Shown here piece after piece: positions 37,027-46,496 of a DNA stretch of 64,000 bases. The first letter of the stretch is position 1, and every line of letters starts with the position of its first letter. The notes beneath the pieces are model-generated. The model was not told the DNA's origin. It saw only the letters and a program-made list of their open reading frames with translations, and ran no database searches. This DNA is from an uncultured Clostridium sp. (GTDB lineage: Bacteria; Bacillota; Clostridia; TANB77; CAG-508), in assembly GCA_947571115.1 (NCBI GenBank), contig CANOWW010000005.1, positions 28,201 to 92,200 of the forward strand, written 5' to 3'. The position numbers were made by a program, and so were the translations under genes.

Positions 37027-38496
37027 TTATTCTTTTCCATTCTCTTTCTTGATTGTTTCTGGTTTGCTGGAAGGCTTTAATGGTTTAAGTTCTTCTGGAT
37101 TGACCCTATATCTTTCATCAAAGTCACTTTTGGGCTCCACAAAAGCATCTTCGCCATTTTCACTTGGAGAATTCAATTTCTTTAGCTTTCTATTTCTAAA
37201 TCTTGAAAAAAAGCCACCAATCGTTTCAAATATTATCTCTTTTCTAACATCAACAACTTCTTTTTCTATCCACAATTGCTTCATTATCCTAATTACAGAT
37301 TCATTATCCCATTGTACAACATGATCAAATTCGTGATTCGTTTTCGGATAATTCTCAACAAGAGGAAGTCTATTTTTTAAACTCTTTTCTTCTTCTGTTC
37401 CGAATGTATCAATATATTCACCAACTTTTGCTGCTTTTACCACTTCTTGCCATTCGTGCTCATCTGTTAGTTTATCTTTCTTCTCTGCTACTGTAATAAT
37501 ATCTGAAATTTGCTTAATCAATTCTAACTCTTCCTTTAGTATTCCACTCTCTAATTTTCCTTTCGTTTTTTTATCTATATATTTTAAAACTTCATAACTA
37601 ACTATACTCTTCAAAATTATTTTCTCTATTTTTCGATAATCATAAGCTAAGCTTTCAGCATATTCCCTATTGATTTCTCTTGTATCAAAAGCTATCCTCA
37701 GTTTAGTAATCTCATAAATATACTCTTGTATCTGCTTCAAACTCGCAGCAATCATTGTTTCATTTATAGAATTCTCCTTTTCTACATAAAGACATCTAAA
37801 AAGAATATCCAAATTACATTCTAATAAATCCACCTCACGAAGTAAAATATCACCACCAGTTGAAATGTTTTTTGTCAAAGCACTCTTGAATTCTTCTCTA
37901 TTTTGAATTCCTGCTCTCAAAAGTTCTCGTTCTTCAATTCCGAAACTTGCTGCCAATAAATTGATAATATATGTTATTGTATAATAAGCTTCTGTTTCCA
38001 TTCTAAAATGTTCATCATCCTCTTTCGTTCTTACATAAGTTGTTCTAGTTGCTGCTGTCTCAACACAAATTTCATTTATTGCTACTCCTTGTTTTTTTCT
38101 AACATTACATAATCCGCATATTCCATTTACATTATCCCATGAAATAGCATGATACACTTCATGAGCGAGTGTTTCAAATAATTCCAACCCTGGTATTTTT
38201 TCTCTTTGAAATATCTCAGCTTCACAATTAATATATATTCTTTTTCTAATCCTATCATAACATCCTACCGAACTAGAATTAAGTTTAGGAATGTTTCTTC
38301 CAAATTCAATTGCTTCCACTTTTTCCACAAAATTCTTAATTTCTTTTTCCATATGCTGATGATCAAATCGATATTCATATGCTCTTCTTTGGAATATTTC
38401 ATTCAAAAGTGACTTAAATCCACCATACTTTTCTTCTTTAATATGGCGATTTAAAATTTGTTCTAGTTCTTCATTATAATAAATTTTATCCTCCAC
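37027..38496 (-). CDS. Hypothetical protein with a HEXXH zinc-metalloprotease-like motif (489 aa)
   Basis: ETLAHEVYHAISW (HEXXH) about 130 aa from the N-terminus, a helical K/E-rich remainder, and the C-terminus GGFFSRFRNRKLKKL. No family recognised. AT-rich. Confidence 0.5.
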   Translation of the reverse strand: MEDKIYYNEELEQILNRHIKEEKYGGFKSLLNEIFQRRAYEYRFDHQHMEKEIKNFVEKVEAIEFGRNIPKLNSSSVGCYDRIRKRIYINCEAEIFQREKIPGLELFETLAHEVYHAISWDNVNGICGLCNVRKKQGVAINEICVETAATRTTYVRTKEDDEHFRMETEAYYTITYIINLLAASFGIEERELLRAGIQNREEFKSALTKNISTGGDILLREVDLLECNLDILFRCLYVEKENSINETMIAASLKQIQEYIYEITKLRIAFDTREINREYAESLAYDYRKIEKIILKSIVSYEVLKYIDKKTKGKLESGILKEELELIKQISDIITVAEKKDKLTDEHEWQEVVKAAKVGEYIDTFGTEEEKSLKNRLPLVENYPKTNHEFDHVVQWDNESVIRIMKQLWIEKEVVDVRKEIIFETIGGFFSRFRNRKLKKLNSPSENGEDAFVEPKSDFDERYRVNPEELKPLKPSSKPETIKKENGKE

Positions 38497-38523
38497 AATT
38501 TCTCCTTCGTTACTTCATAAAAT

Positions 38524-38730
38524 TTAAATCACATCCAAACTTTTTAGCGGTTTTAAATATGGACTCAAAGTTTGAGCATCTTTATCCCCTTTTGAACATT
38601 TATGAAATTTGCCATTTTCATCCTTTTCAAAAACTTTTTTGTCGACTGTAATAGCAAAATTTCTTTTATTAATCGTTATTTGCAAAGCAATTTTTCTTTC
38701 ATCTATTTCAATACTTTTCATAAATCTCAT
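38524..38730 (-). CDS. Hypothetical small protein (68 aa)
   Basis: The ORF start overlaps the stop of the phosphoesterase gene by 4 nt. It precedes the HEXXH gene by 27 nt. Confidence 0.4.
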   Translation of the reverse strand: MRFMKSIEIDERKIALQITINKRNFAITVDKKVFEKDENGKFHKCSKGDKDAQTLSPYLKPLKSLDVI

Positions 38731-39431
38731 TCCTTTATTAACTTCAACTGAAACCCCAAATAATCCGAGCTCACAAGCGAAAAATGAATGCCATTTTTTT
38801 CGCCTTCAAAAGCTTCTCTGTGCGAATTCCCATGCAAATGCCCATAATAACACTTTGTGATGTGATTATCTTGCATTGTTTTCAGAAAATCAATTTCTTC
38901 TGGCACACTTTCTTTAAAAAATGGTGGATAATGCAAAAAACACAAAATTTCCTTGTCCTCCCCAAATTGCTCAATCCCTAGGTTTATCGACAACTTCAAG
39001 CGCTCATTTTCACGTTTTAACAATTTATATCCATTTTCTGTTTTCCAATTCAAAGTCGTCCAGCCCCTCGTTCCTACAATAATTTTGTCTTCCACTAAAT
39101 AACTATTATTTTGCAAAAAATAAATTTTCTCAAATCCATTTTCCTGCAAATAATTTTCCATTTTCGTGATTGTGTTCCACCAATAATCATGGTTCCCTTT
39201 TGACAAAATTTTCGTTCCCGGCAAAGCATTCAAAAACACAAAATCTTGATACACTTCTTCAAAACTCATGCCCCACGAAAAATCGCCCGGCAAAATCACA
39301 GTATCTTGAGGCTCTACATTTTGCAACCAATTTTCTTTGATTTTTTCACTATGATTCCCCCAACCAAATTTGTCCATCGGCTTGTCTGTCCCAAATGACA
39401 AATGCAAATCTCCTATTACAAAAATCGCCAT
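38727..39431 (-). CDS. Metallophosphoesterase
   Basis: IFVIGDLHLS, ILPGDFSW and KGNHDYWW motifs. Confidence 0.8.
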   Translation of the reverse strand: MAIFVIGDLHLSFGTDKPMDKFGWGNHSEKIKENWLQNVEPQDTVILPGDFSWGMSFEEVYQDFVFLNALPGTKILSKGNHDYWWNTITKMENYLQENGFEKIYFLQNNSYLVEDKIIVGTRGWTTLNWKTENGYKLLKRENERLKLSINLGIEQFGEDKEILCFLHYPPFFKESVPEEIDFLKTMQDNHITKCYYGHLHGNSHREAFEGEKNGIHFSLVSSDYLGFQLKLIKE

Positions 39432-39432
39432 T

Positions 39433-40428
39433 TTACTCTCCTAATTTCAAATTTGGCACAGCATTCAAATGCAAATCTGCTCGCTTTCCTGCCATGTAAT
39501 CATAATATCCTTGCGCTGCAATCATGGCAGCATTGTCTGTACACAAAATCGGCTCTGGATAATAAATTTTGACGTTTTGTCTTTCTGCCAACTTATCAAA
39601 TTCGCTTCTTATGTATGAATTTCTCGAAACGCCACCTGCCAGCACCACTTTATCAAAATGAAATTGCCCAATTGCTTTTTCCACATTGACCATTAACATT
39701 TTTGTCACTGCACTTTGAAAACTAGCACACAAATCCGCTTTATCTATATCAGGCGTTTTGTGATGCAAATTAATCACTGCTGTTTTAATGCCACTAAAAC
39801 TAAAATCCAACCCTTCCAAATGTGTCAATGGAAGCGTTATATTCGCATTTCCTGTTTTCGCCATTTGGTCAATTTTAGGTCCACCCGGATAACCAAGCCC
39901 CACCATTCGCGCCACTTTGTCAAAGGCTTCTCCAATGGCATCATCTCGCGTTTTTCCTAAAATTTTATATTCCTGCATACTTTTTACGTTTACTAAGTGC
40001 GAATGTCCGCCTGAAATAATCAAACATAAAAATGGTGGTTCCAATTCTGAATAGGTCAAAAAATTAGCCGCAATATGCCCTGCAATGTGGTTGACAGCAA
40101 TCAGTGGCTTTTCTGTCGCAAAACTCAAAGCCTTTGCGTACGAAACACCAACTAGCAAAGCTCCCACTAACCCCGGTCCTTGCGTGACAGCAATGGCATC
40201 TAATTCTTCTAACGTTTTTCCCGCTTCGTTTAATGCTTGCTTCATGATTTGATTGATTACTTCTGTGTGACATCTTGAGGCAATTTCTGGCACAACCCCG
40301 CCATATTCTTCATGAATTTTTATCTGCGAGCGAATAACATTTGACAAAAGCTCTCTTCCATTTTTTACTACGGCAACCGACGTTTCGTCACAACTTGATT
40401 CAATTCCTAAAATTAATGTATCTTTCAT
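39433..40428 (-). CDS. tsaD: tRNA N6-adenosine threonylcarbamoyltransferase TsaD
   Basis: [16 protein letters not shown] and HIAGHI motifs. Confidence 0.95.
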   Translation of the reverse strand: MKDTLILGIESSCDETSVAVVKNGRELLSNVIRSQIKIHEEYGGVVPEIASRCHTEVINQIMKQALNEAGKTLEELDAIAVTQGPGLVGALLVGVSYAKALSFATEKPLIAVNHIAGHIAANFLTYSELEPPFLCLIISGGHSHLVNVKSMQEYKILGKTRDDAIGEAFDKVARMVGLGYPGGPKIDQMAKTGNANITLPLTHLEGLDFSFSGIKTAVINLHHKTPDIDKADLCASFQSAVTKMLMVNVEKAIGQFHFDKVVLAGGVSRNSYIRSEFDKLAERQNVKIYYPEPILCTDNAAMIAAQGYYDYMAGKRADLHLNAVPNLKLGE

Positions 40429-40552
40429 TTTTCATTTCTCCTATTTTTTATAAATGCCTGCAAAATTTCGCTCGCTTATAAAAGGGGCTGTAAAAAAACT
40501 CTAAATTCTCAAGAAAGAACGAGCAAATATATTGAGTTTTTTACAACTCCTT

Positions 40553-41287
40553 TTATAAAAATAATCCAAAAATTGCACCTACACCGTTAAACAGCCAATT
40601 TGATATAACCGTTATAATCGGCGATACGATTTTTCCCAATAGCCCTAAAAACCACAATAACATAAAAATAAATTGCAACAAATTAGCGTTGTTATCTAGC
40701 CATTGAATCGCATTATAAGGCAAAAATCTGCGGAAAATTTTTTCACCATCCAATGGTGGAAGCGGAATTAAATTAAACACGCCCAAACCAATGTTAATCG
40801 CAATTGTATAAATGACGATATTCAGCAAAATAATGCTGATTTGCATATCTGGCGCATACATCAAAAGCAAATAATAAATCACGGTAAAAATAATCGCCAA
40901 TATAAAATTCATCAAAGGACCTGCTAGAGAAACCAGCATTTCACAGGTCGAACGCGATTTATTGCTGGTAAAATTATTCGGATTGATTTCGACTGGTCGC
41001 CCCCAACCAATATGAACAAAGAAAAGTAAGACTAAACCAATTGGGTCAATATGTGCTATTGGATTTAATGTTAGGCGTCCTTGTGAGCGTGGCGTGTAGT
41101 CACCTAGTTTATCTGCCATCCATGCATGGGCATATTCATGAAATGACATGGCAATCACAACTGCTGGAAGTGTCAGTACAATTTCAATGAAAAAGCCTGT
41201 GCCTGAACTTAATAAATAGGCTGCTGCTATCACACCCAAAATAATATATAATGTCCTTTTATCAAATCCATTTCCAAAATAGAACAT
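40553..41287 (-). CDS. Site-2 protease (M50) family membrane metalloprotease
   Basis: HEYAHAWMADKLGD HEXXH motif in a TM context, plus the NLIPLPPLDG motif. Confidence 0.8.
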   Translation of the reverse strand: MFYFGNGFDKRTLYIILGVIAAAYLLSSGTGFFIEIVLTLPAVVIAMSFHEYAHAWMADKLGDYTPRSQGRLTLNPIAHIDPIGLVLLFFVHIGWGRPVEINPNNFTSNKSRSTCEMLVSLAGPLMNFILAIIFTVIYYLLLMYAPDMQISIILLNIVIYTIAINIGLGVFNLIPLPPLDGEKIFRRFLPYNAIQWLDNNANLLQFIFMLLWFLGLLGKIVSPIITVISNWLFNGVGAIFGLFL

Positions 41288-41315
41288 AAAATTCCTCCTA
41301 TCCTCGCTTTATTTT

Positions 41316-41342
41316 GAACTATTAAAGAATCTTTAATAGTTC
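41316..41342. repeat. REP-like perfect palindrome, copy 3 (GAACTATTAAAG-AAT-CTTTAATAGTTC)
   Basis: 12-bp arms. It lies 13 nt after the stop of 41355-41948 and 29 nt upstream of the M50 ATG. Confidence 0.85.
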
Positions 41343-41354
41343 GTTTTTGTCAAT

Positions 41355-41948
41355 TTAGTTCAAATCCTTTATTTTTCTATATATGTCATACCAACTGTAA
41401 CATCTAGTAATTTTATTCCCTATACAATTTTTATTATATTCAGCATTATAACAAATCACTGGAATAATTTTAGATAATTCATTGACATTGTTAGGACTAT
41501 CTTCAATCATTAAATCTATTTTATTTTCAATCATTTCCTGCCATTTATTTTCCCTTACAGCTTTTGAAAAAATCAACTTATCATATATGATTTCATTTTT
41601 AGATAACCAACTTTTAACGATTTCTCTCATCTTATTTCCTTTATCGTCTTCCCTATTAGTAAGCCATCTAGCAGTTATAATATATATATCATGTCCATCC
41701 TCTTTGAATTTTTTTATGACTTCTGCAGCAAAAGGTCTAGCATTTTCCTGCATTGCATAATCCTCTAAATACTGTTTCCAAAAATTCATTTCCTCTTCTT
41801 TGCTAATATGAAATGTCTTACAATAATCATAATTGCTAGTACCAATCCTATATTCAATATTATTTTCAACACAATATTTACTTATATAATCTATGACAAA
41901 TTGTTCTATATTAGTCAAAACGCCATCAATATCTATTCCTATCCTCAT
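41355..41948 (-). CDS. HAD-superfamily 5'(3')-deoxyribonucleotidase-like (NT5C family) protein
   Basis: MRIGIDIDGVLTN (DxDxV), IITAR, and IEDSPNNV motifs. The ATG overlaps the upstream TGA (ATGA). Confidence 0.65.
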   Translation of the reverse strand: MRIGIDIDGVLTNIEQFVIDYISKYCVENNIEYRIGTSNYDYCKTFHISKEEEMNFWKQYLEDYAMQENARPFAAEVIKKFKEDGHDIYIITARWLTNREDDKGNKMREIVKSWLSKNEIIYDKLIFSKAVRENKWQEMIENKIDLMIEDSPNNVNELSKIIPVICYNAEYNKNCIGNKITRCYSWYDIYRKIKDLN

Positions 41949-42808
41949 AAAATTTTCCACTCTTCATAAATTCTCTTTAATATTTCATATCTCAAACCAA
42001 TTATTTTTTTATAGAACTCTTTTCTAATATCAGACATGCCTTCTATTCCAGCAATAAAATTTTGAATTGCCTCTATGTTTATTTTTGCAAAAACTCGATT
42101 TAATGCCTGATTACATGCTTCGTTTTGAGCACTTTTTAGGTAATTCACATAATTGATTTTTTTGCCATTTTCTTTGATGCAAGAATACGTATTTATCGCT
42201 AAATTTTTCATCTCTGTTTCATTTAATTTTTCAAGCTGGCTATCCTCCAACATTGGATTTAGGCAAGAACCACAATCATAAATCGGAGCAAATTTTATTT
42301 TGTTTATCTGACTATCCAATAAAAATCCCCAATTACCATTATGTCTGTCAGTATTTCCAATCAAGCTATCCACAATAAACATATCCCAAAACTTTTCTTT
42401 TACTTCATCCACATTCAATATTTTACTTTCGTCAATCACTTCTAGAATATCGTTTAATTCTGTTTCGATTTTCTTGTCAGGATTTGCACTTAATGCCAAA
42501 TTTTCAAACTCATACAAAATATGATTTCCATCTGTAAAATCCTCGCAAGCACATACCATTTTTTCTTGTGCCTTATATTGATATTTTCCCAATATCACGT
42601 TTTGCGTTTCAAATCCAGTCAGCCTAAATATATTGCTTCCCACATATTCTGAAAAAGCATTATTGATATAAGAAATGTTTTTATTCTTTTCTCTCACTGG
42701 ATCCGGAAATTTGACCAAATATCTTTTCTTTTCATAAACCAAAGTCTTCTTTTTCTCAGAGCCTTTATAAGCATTTAGTTCCTCTATCGCATTTGTAAAA
42801 TCTATCAT
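41945..42808 (-). CDS. HipA-like (HipA_C family) Ser/Thr kinase
   Basis: The catalytic-loop-like motif SLIGNTDRHNGNWGFL and FAPIYDCGS (Mg-binding D). No adjacent HTH/HipB-like gene. Confidence 0.65.
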   Translation of the reverse strand: MIDFTNAIEELNAYKGSEKKKTLVYEKKRYLVKFPDPVREKNKNISYINNAFSEYVGSNIFRLTGFETQNVILGKYQYKAQEKMVCACEDFTDGNHILYEFENLALSANPDKKIETELNDILEVIDESKILNVDEVKEKFWDMFIVDSLIGNTDRHNGNWGFLLDSQINKIKFAPIYDCGSCLNPMLEDSQLEKLNETEMKNLAINTYSCIKENGKKINYVNYLKSAQNEACNQALNRVFAKINIEAIQNFIAGIEGMSDIRKEFYKKIIGLRYEILKRIYEEWKIL

Positions 42809-42824
42809 TTTTTATACTTCTTCC

Positions 42825-44948
42825 TTACATTTCTTGCATTTGACGATTAACTTCTTCTTCGTTTTCTCGCATTGCCAAAATGGTTTTTTCAAACAATTCT
42901 TCCAATTCCCAGCCAAGCATTTGCGCCCCTTGCTGGATAATTTCTCGTGAACATCCACTCGCAAACTTTTTATCTTTAAATTTCTTCTTCAAGCTTGAAA
43001 CTTCCATATCTTGCACACTTTTAGAAGGTCTCATTTTGGCAGCCGCCCAAATCAAACCTGTCAGTTCGTCTGTGGCAAACAAGATTTTTTCCATAATATG
43101 CTCTGGTTCGATATCAGAACAAATGCCATAACCATGGCTACAAATCGAACGAATAATGCCATCACTCACGTTTTCTTGTTTCAACAATTGGGCACATTTT
43201 TTGCAATGTTCTTCTGGATACATTTCAAAATCTACATCATGCAAAAGTCCAATATTTCCCCAATATTCCACATCTTCCTTTTGCTCTTTAGCAAAATACT
43301 TCATCACACCTTCGACAGTCAAAGCATGCCTAATATGAAATTCCTCTTTGTTATATTTTTTCAGAATTTCTAATGCTTTTTCTCTCGTAATTCCTTCTGT
43401 ATTATCGCAAGATTTTTCAAGTGTTGCCACTTCTTTGGATGCTTGTTTTGTCGTGATTTTTTCTGTTTTCAAAGGCTTCATGGTTGGGAAAAGCAAAACA
43501 TCTCGAATGGATACCGAATCCGTAAACAGCATCACCATTCTATCAATTCCAATTCCCAGACCGCCTGTTGGTGGCATTCCATATTCCAATGCTCGTACAA
43601 AATCATCATCCATCATATTAGCTTCGTCGTCGCCTGCTTCACGCTGTTTTACTTGTGCCAAAAATCTCTCGTATTGGTCAATCGGATCATTTAACTCAGA
43701 ATAACCATTTCCATATTCACGAGCGTCAATAAAAAATTCAAATCTTTCTGTTACTCTGCCATCTGATGGCTTCTTTTTCGCAAGTGGAGAAACTTCAATT
43801 GGATATTCACAAATAAACGTTGGTTGAATTAACGTTTCTTCTACAAAGCTTTCAAAAAATTCACTAATCACATACCCTCTTGTTTGCTTGCTCTCTTCGA
43901 TTTCCACGCCTTTTTCTTTGGCAATTTTAAGAGCTTCTTCGTCCGAATGGATGGTGTTAAAATCAACCCCAGTCACTTCTTTGATCGCGTCAATCATGGT
44001 AATTCTTTTCCAAGGCGCCCCTAAATCAATTTCTTTTCCTTGGTACGTAATTTTCGTTTTTCCCAATAATTTCTCAGCAATCGAACGAAACATTTCCTCT
44101 ACCAAATCCATTATTTCGTTATAATCTTGATAAGCCGCATATGACTCCATGGAGGTAAATTCTGGATTATGACGAATGTCAATTCCCTCATTTCTGAAAT
44201 TTTTGCCGATTTCATAAACACGGTCAAAACCACCCACAATCAATCTTTTCAAATACAACTCTGGTGCAATTCTTAGATACATATCAAGCCCTAAAGCATT
44301 GTGATACGTCTCAAACGGTTTTGCATTGGCGCCCCCCGCAATCGTACTCAAAGAAGGCGTTTCCACTTCCATGTAATTTTTGTTATCATAAAAATTTCTA
44401 ATTTCTTTAATAATTTTACTTCTCATCTCAAACGTATTTTTCACTTCTGGATTGACAATTAAATCCACATATCTTTGGCGATAACGCAAATCTGTATCTT
44501 TCAAGCCATGAAACTTTTCTGGTAAATCTCTAAGCGATTTGGCAAGCAACACAACTTCTTTGGCATGAATGGAAATCTCTTCCGTTTTTGTCTTAAAGAC
44601 AAATCCCTTAATACCAATCATGTCACCAATATCGTATGTTTTAAACGCTTTGTAACTTTCATCTCCTAAATCATTCACGCTCACATAACTTTGAATGGTG
44701 CCTGTGCTATCTTGAATGGTACAAAAAGAAGCTTTTCCCATAATTCTTTTCGCCATAATTCTACCAGCTACTGAAACATCTTTATTCTCAAAATCTCCAT
44801 AATTTTCTTTGATTTGATTGCTAAATTCCGTTCGATCATATTTGGTTATTTGAAAAGGGTCTTGCCCTGCCTCTTGTAATTCCTTTAATTTATCTTTTCT
44901 GACCTGCATTAACTTATTTAACTCTAATTCTTCATTTTGCTCATCCAT
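42825..44948 (-). CDS. lysS: Lysine--tRNA ligase (class II) fused to a C-terminal HD-domain module (707 aa)
   Basis: The class II LysRS core runs through ~aa 500 (...LLFPTMKP). It is followed by [16 protein letters not shown]...GLLHDVDFE...H...SHG, which fits an HD phosphohydrolase pattern. Confidence 0.9.
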   Translation of the reverse strand: MDEQNEELELNKLMQVRKDKLKELQEAGQDPFQITKYDRTEFSNQIKENYGDFENKDVSVAGRIMAKRIMGKASFCTIQDSTGTIQSYVSVNDLGDESYKAFKTYDIGDMIGIKGFVFKTKTEEISIHAKEVVLLAKSLRDLPEKFHGLKDTDLRYRQRYVDLIVNPEVKNTFEMRSKIIKEIRNFYDNKNYMEVETPSLSTIAGGANAKPFETYHNALGLDMYLRIAPELYLKRLIVGGFDRVYEIGKNFRNEGIDIRHNPEFTSMESYAAYQDYNEIMDLVEEMFRSIAEKLLGKTKITYQGKEIDLGAPWKRITMIDAIKEVTGVDFNTIHSDEEALKIAKEKGVEIEESKQTRGYVISEFFESFVEETLIQPTFICEYPIEVSPLAKKKPSDGRVTERFEFFIDAREYGNGYSELNDPIDQYERFLAQVKQREAGDDEANMMDDDFVRALEYGMPPTGGLGIGIDRMVMLFTDSVSIRDVLLFPTMKPLKTEKITTKQASKEVATLEKSCDNTEGITREKALEILKKYNKEEFHIRHALTVEGVMKYFAKEQKEDVEYWGNIGLLHDVDFEMYPEEHCKKCAQLLKQENVSDGIIRSICSHGYGICSDIEPEHIMEKILFATDELTGLIWAAAKMRPSKSVQDMEVSSLKKKFKDKKFASGCSREIIQQGAQMLGWELEELFEKTILAMRENEEEVNRQMQEM

Positions 44949-45018
44949 TCTCCATCCATCCTCTCTCTTCTAATATTTTCTATTATATACCAAATCATTG
45001 CAAATGTAAACAGATTTT

Positions 45019-45058
45019 CAAGAAAAAAGAGAAGTCTCTGTCTTTAGACTTCTCTTTT
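45019..45058 (-). terminator. Rho-independent terminator after the zinc-ribbon gene
   Basis: 13-bp stem AAAAGAGAAGTCT / AGACTTCTCTTTT, followed by a T-run on the minus strand. Confidence 0.7.
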
Positions 45059-45064
45059 CAACAA

Positions 45065-45241
45065 TTAATTATTATGATTAGCAGCTTGTTGTTTTCTAGC
45101 TTTTCTACAATCTGGGCATCGAACTGGTTTGTTATCGAAACCTTTTTCAGCATAAAACGCTTGCTCACCAGCTGAAAAAACAAACTCTGCGCCGCAATCT
45201 CTGCAAGTTAAAACCATATCTGTATATTCATTATTTTCCAT
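45065..45241 (-). CDS. Small zinc-ribbon protein (CxxC...CxxC)
   Basis: MENNEYTDMVLTCRDCGAEFVFSAGEQAFYAEKGFDNKPVRCPDCRKARK. GGAGG RBS. Confidence 0.6.
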   Translation of the reverse strand: MENNEYTDMVLTCRDCGAEFVFSAGEQAFYAEKGFDNKPVRCPDCRKARKQQAANHNN

Positions 45242-45352
45242 ATCTTCCAACCTCCTTTTTAGATTTTGAATTAAAACTTTTAACATAAACCAATCTAAAA
45301 AGAACGATTATATCAAAACAAAATTCATACTTATTCCTTTCAGAATAAAATC

Positions 45353-45381
45353 ATTATAACACATAAAAATTTATAATTCAA
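45353..45381 (-). promoter_or_regulatory. Candidate sigma-A promoter for the zinc-ribbon gene
   Basis: Minus strand: TTGAAT, a 17-nt spacer, then TATAAT. Confidence 0.45.
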
Positions 45382-45447
45382 GACAAAATTTAAAATTTTT
45401 TATGAAGTATTTATAACAATTTTGTTTCAAAGTAGGCAAAATCCATT

Positions 45448-46074
45448 TTACCTACTTCGAGCAATTGCAATAAAAATCTCTATCAACAAAACAATTACCA
45501 TTATCAAAATTGTCACAAAAGAAATCATCGGTTTGGCAAATATTGTAATTAGCAAAATAAAACCAAAAATTACAAATGTATAGCCTAGCATTCTTGCCAT
45601 CTTTTTATAGCCATTTTCACTCTTTGGCATGGGGTGCAGCTTTCCTTTCATTTGCTCATAACTCATTTTGGGTAAATAATTTCCTATCATTACCCACAAA
45701 ATTGCTATTACCAATATTATCCATTTTCTCACATCAACCGCATTTCCTAGCGCTACACTAATCGTTATGATTGAAATAACAACACTCAAAACTGGGATAA
45801 TCCATTTCACAATAAAAACAAATTTAGGTTTGCTGTTTTCTTGACTTTCTCTCCAATCACTAATCGCACAGCAAAATATCTGCAATATTGTCATTAAAAC
45901 TGGGATACCAAATAATGCAAAATTCTTTGATGCATAACGGTCTACTTCATTATTTATATTAAAATGAATTGGCACCATTTCTGGCATTTTTTGATAAAAA
46001 ACTACTCCAAATAAAATTGGCAACAAACAAACTGCAAGCGTCAAACTTAACATTTTTCCATCAATTTTTCTCAT
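45448..46074 (-). CDS. SdpI/YhfL-like immunity membrane protein (DUF1648 type)
   Basis: Polytopic membrane protein with the N-terminal MPEMVPIHFN motif. It lies downstream of, and overlaps, an SdpR-like regulator gene. Confidence 0.6.
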   Translation of the reverse strand: MRKIDGKMLSLTLAVCLLPILFGVVFYQKMPEMVPIHFNINNEVDRYASKNFALFGIPVLMTILQIFCCAISDWRESQENSKPKFVFIVKWIIPVLSVVISIITISVALGNAVDVRKWIILVIAILWVMIGNYLPKMSYEQMKGKLHPMPKSENGYKKMARMLGYTFVIFGFILLITIFAKPMISFVTILIMVIVLLIEIFIAIARSR

Positions 46075-46339
46075 TTTTCGTACCTCCTAATCCATAAATC
46101 CAAGTCAACACATCTTCAAATACAGATGTATTGAGTTCATAAAAAATAAAATTTTTGTATTTATTTTCCGTTATCAAATCCGCTTTTTTTAGTTGTGACA
46201 AATGATACGAGACAGTTGCATTTGTCAAATTAAATTTTTCAGCAATTCCTCCCGCCGACTTTTTCTCTACTTTCAGCATTTCCAAAATGTTCCTTCTCAC
46301 AGGATCCGAAATTGCCTTTAACGTTTCTGACATTCCCAT
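46061..46339 (-). CDS. ArsR/SdpR family transcriptional repressor
   Basis: LKAISDPVRRNILEMLK...ATVSYHLSQLKKADLI winged-HTH motif. Confidence 0.8.
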   Translation of the reverse strand: MGMSETLKAISDPVRRNILEMLKVEKKSAGGIAEKFNLTNATVSYHLSQLKKADLITENKYKNFIFYELNTSVFEDVLTWIYGLGGTKNEKN

Positions 46340-46440
46340 TTTATCACTCCTTTCATATTGTTTAGAAATATTTCTAAATAGATTATAACATTTTCTAAAA
46401 TCTTTGTCAATATCTATTTAGATTTTTTTCTAAATAGTAA

Positions 46441-46479
46441 ATAAAAAACTAGAAATCAGCTTTAAGCCAATTTCTAGTT
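46441..46479 (-). terminator. Rho-independent terminator after the cohesin-anchor gene
   Basis: AACTAGAAAT / ATTTCTAGTT stem followed by a T-run on the minus strand. Confidence 0.65.
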
Positions 46480-46496
46480 TCAATCATCATAAACTT

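Noticed and set aside
40476-40558. Long imperfect hairpin (ATAAAAGGGGCTGTAAAAAAACTC ... GAGTTTTTTACAACTCCTTTTAT) after the M50 protease gene. It shares GGGGCTGTAAAA with the PPIase terminator at 63661-63697, which raised the possibility of a second repeat family.
   Set aside because: There are only two loosely similar instances, and both behave as plausible terminator hairpins. The evidence is insufficient to call a repeat family.
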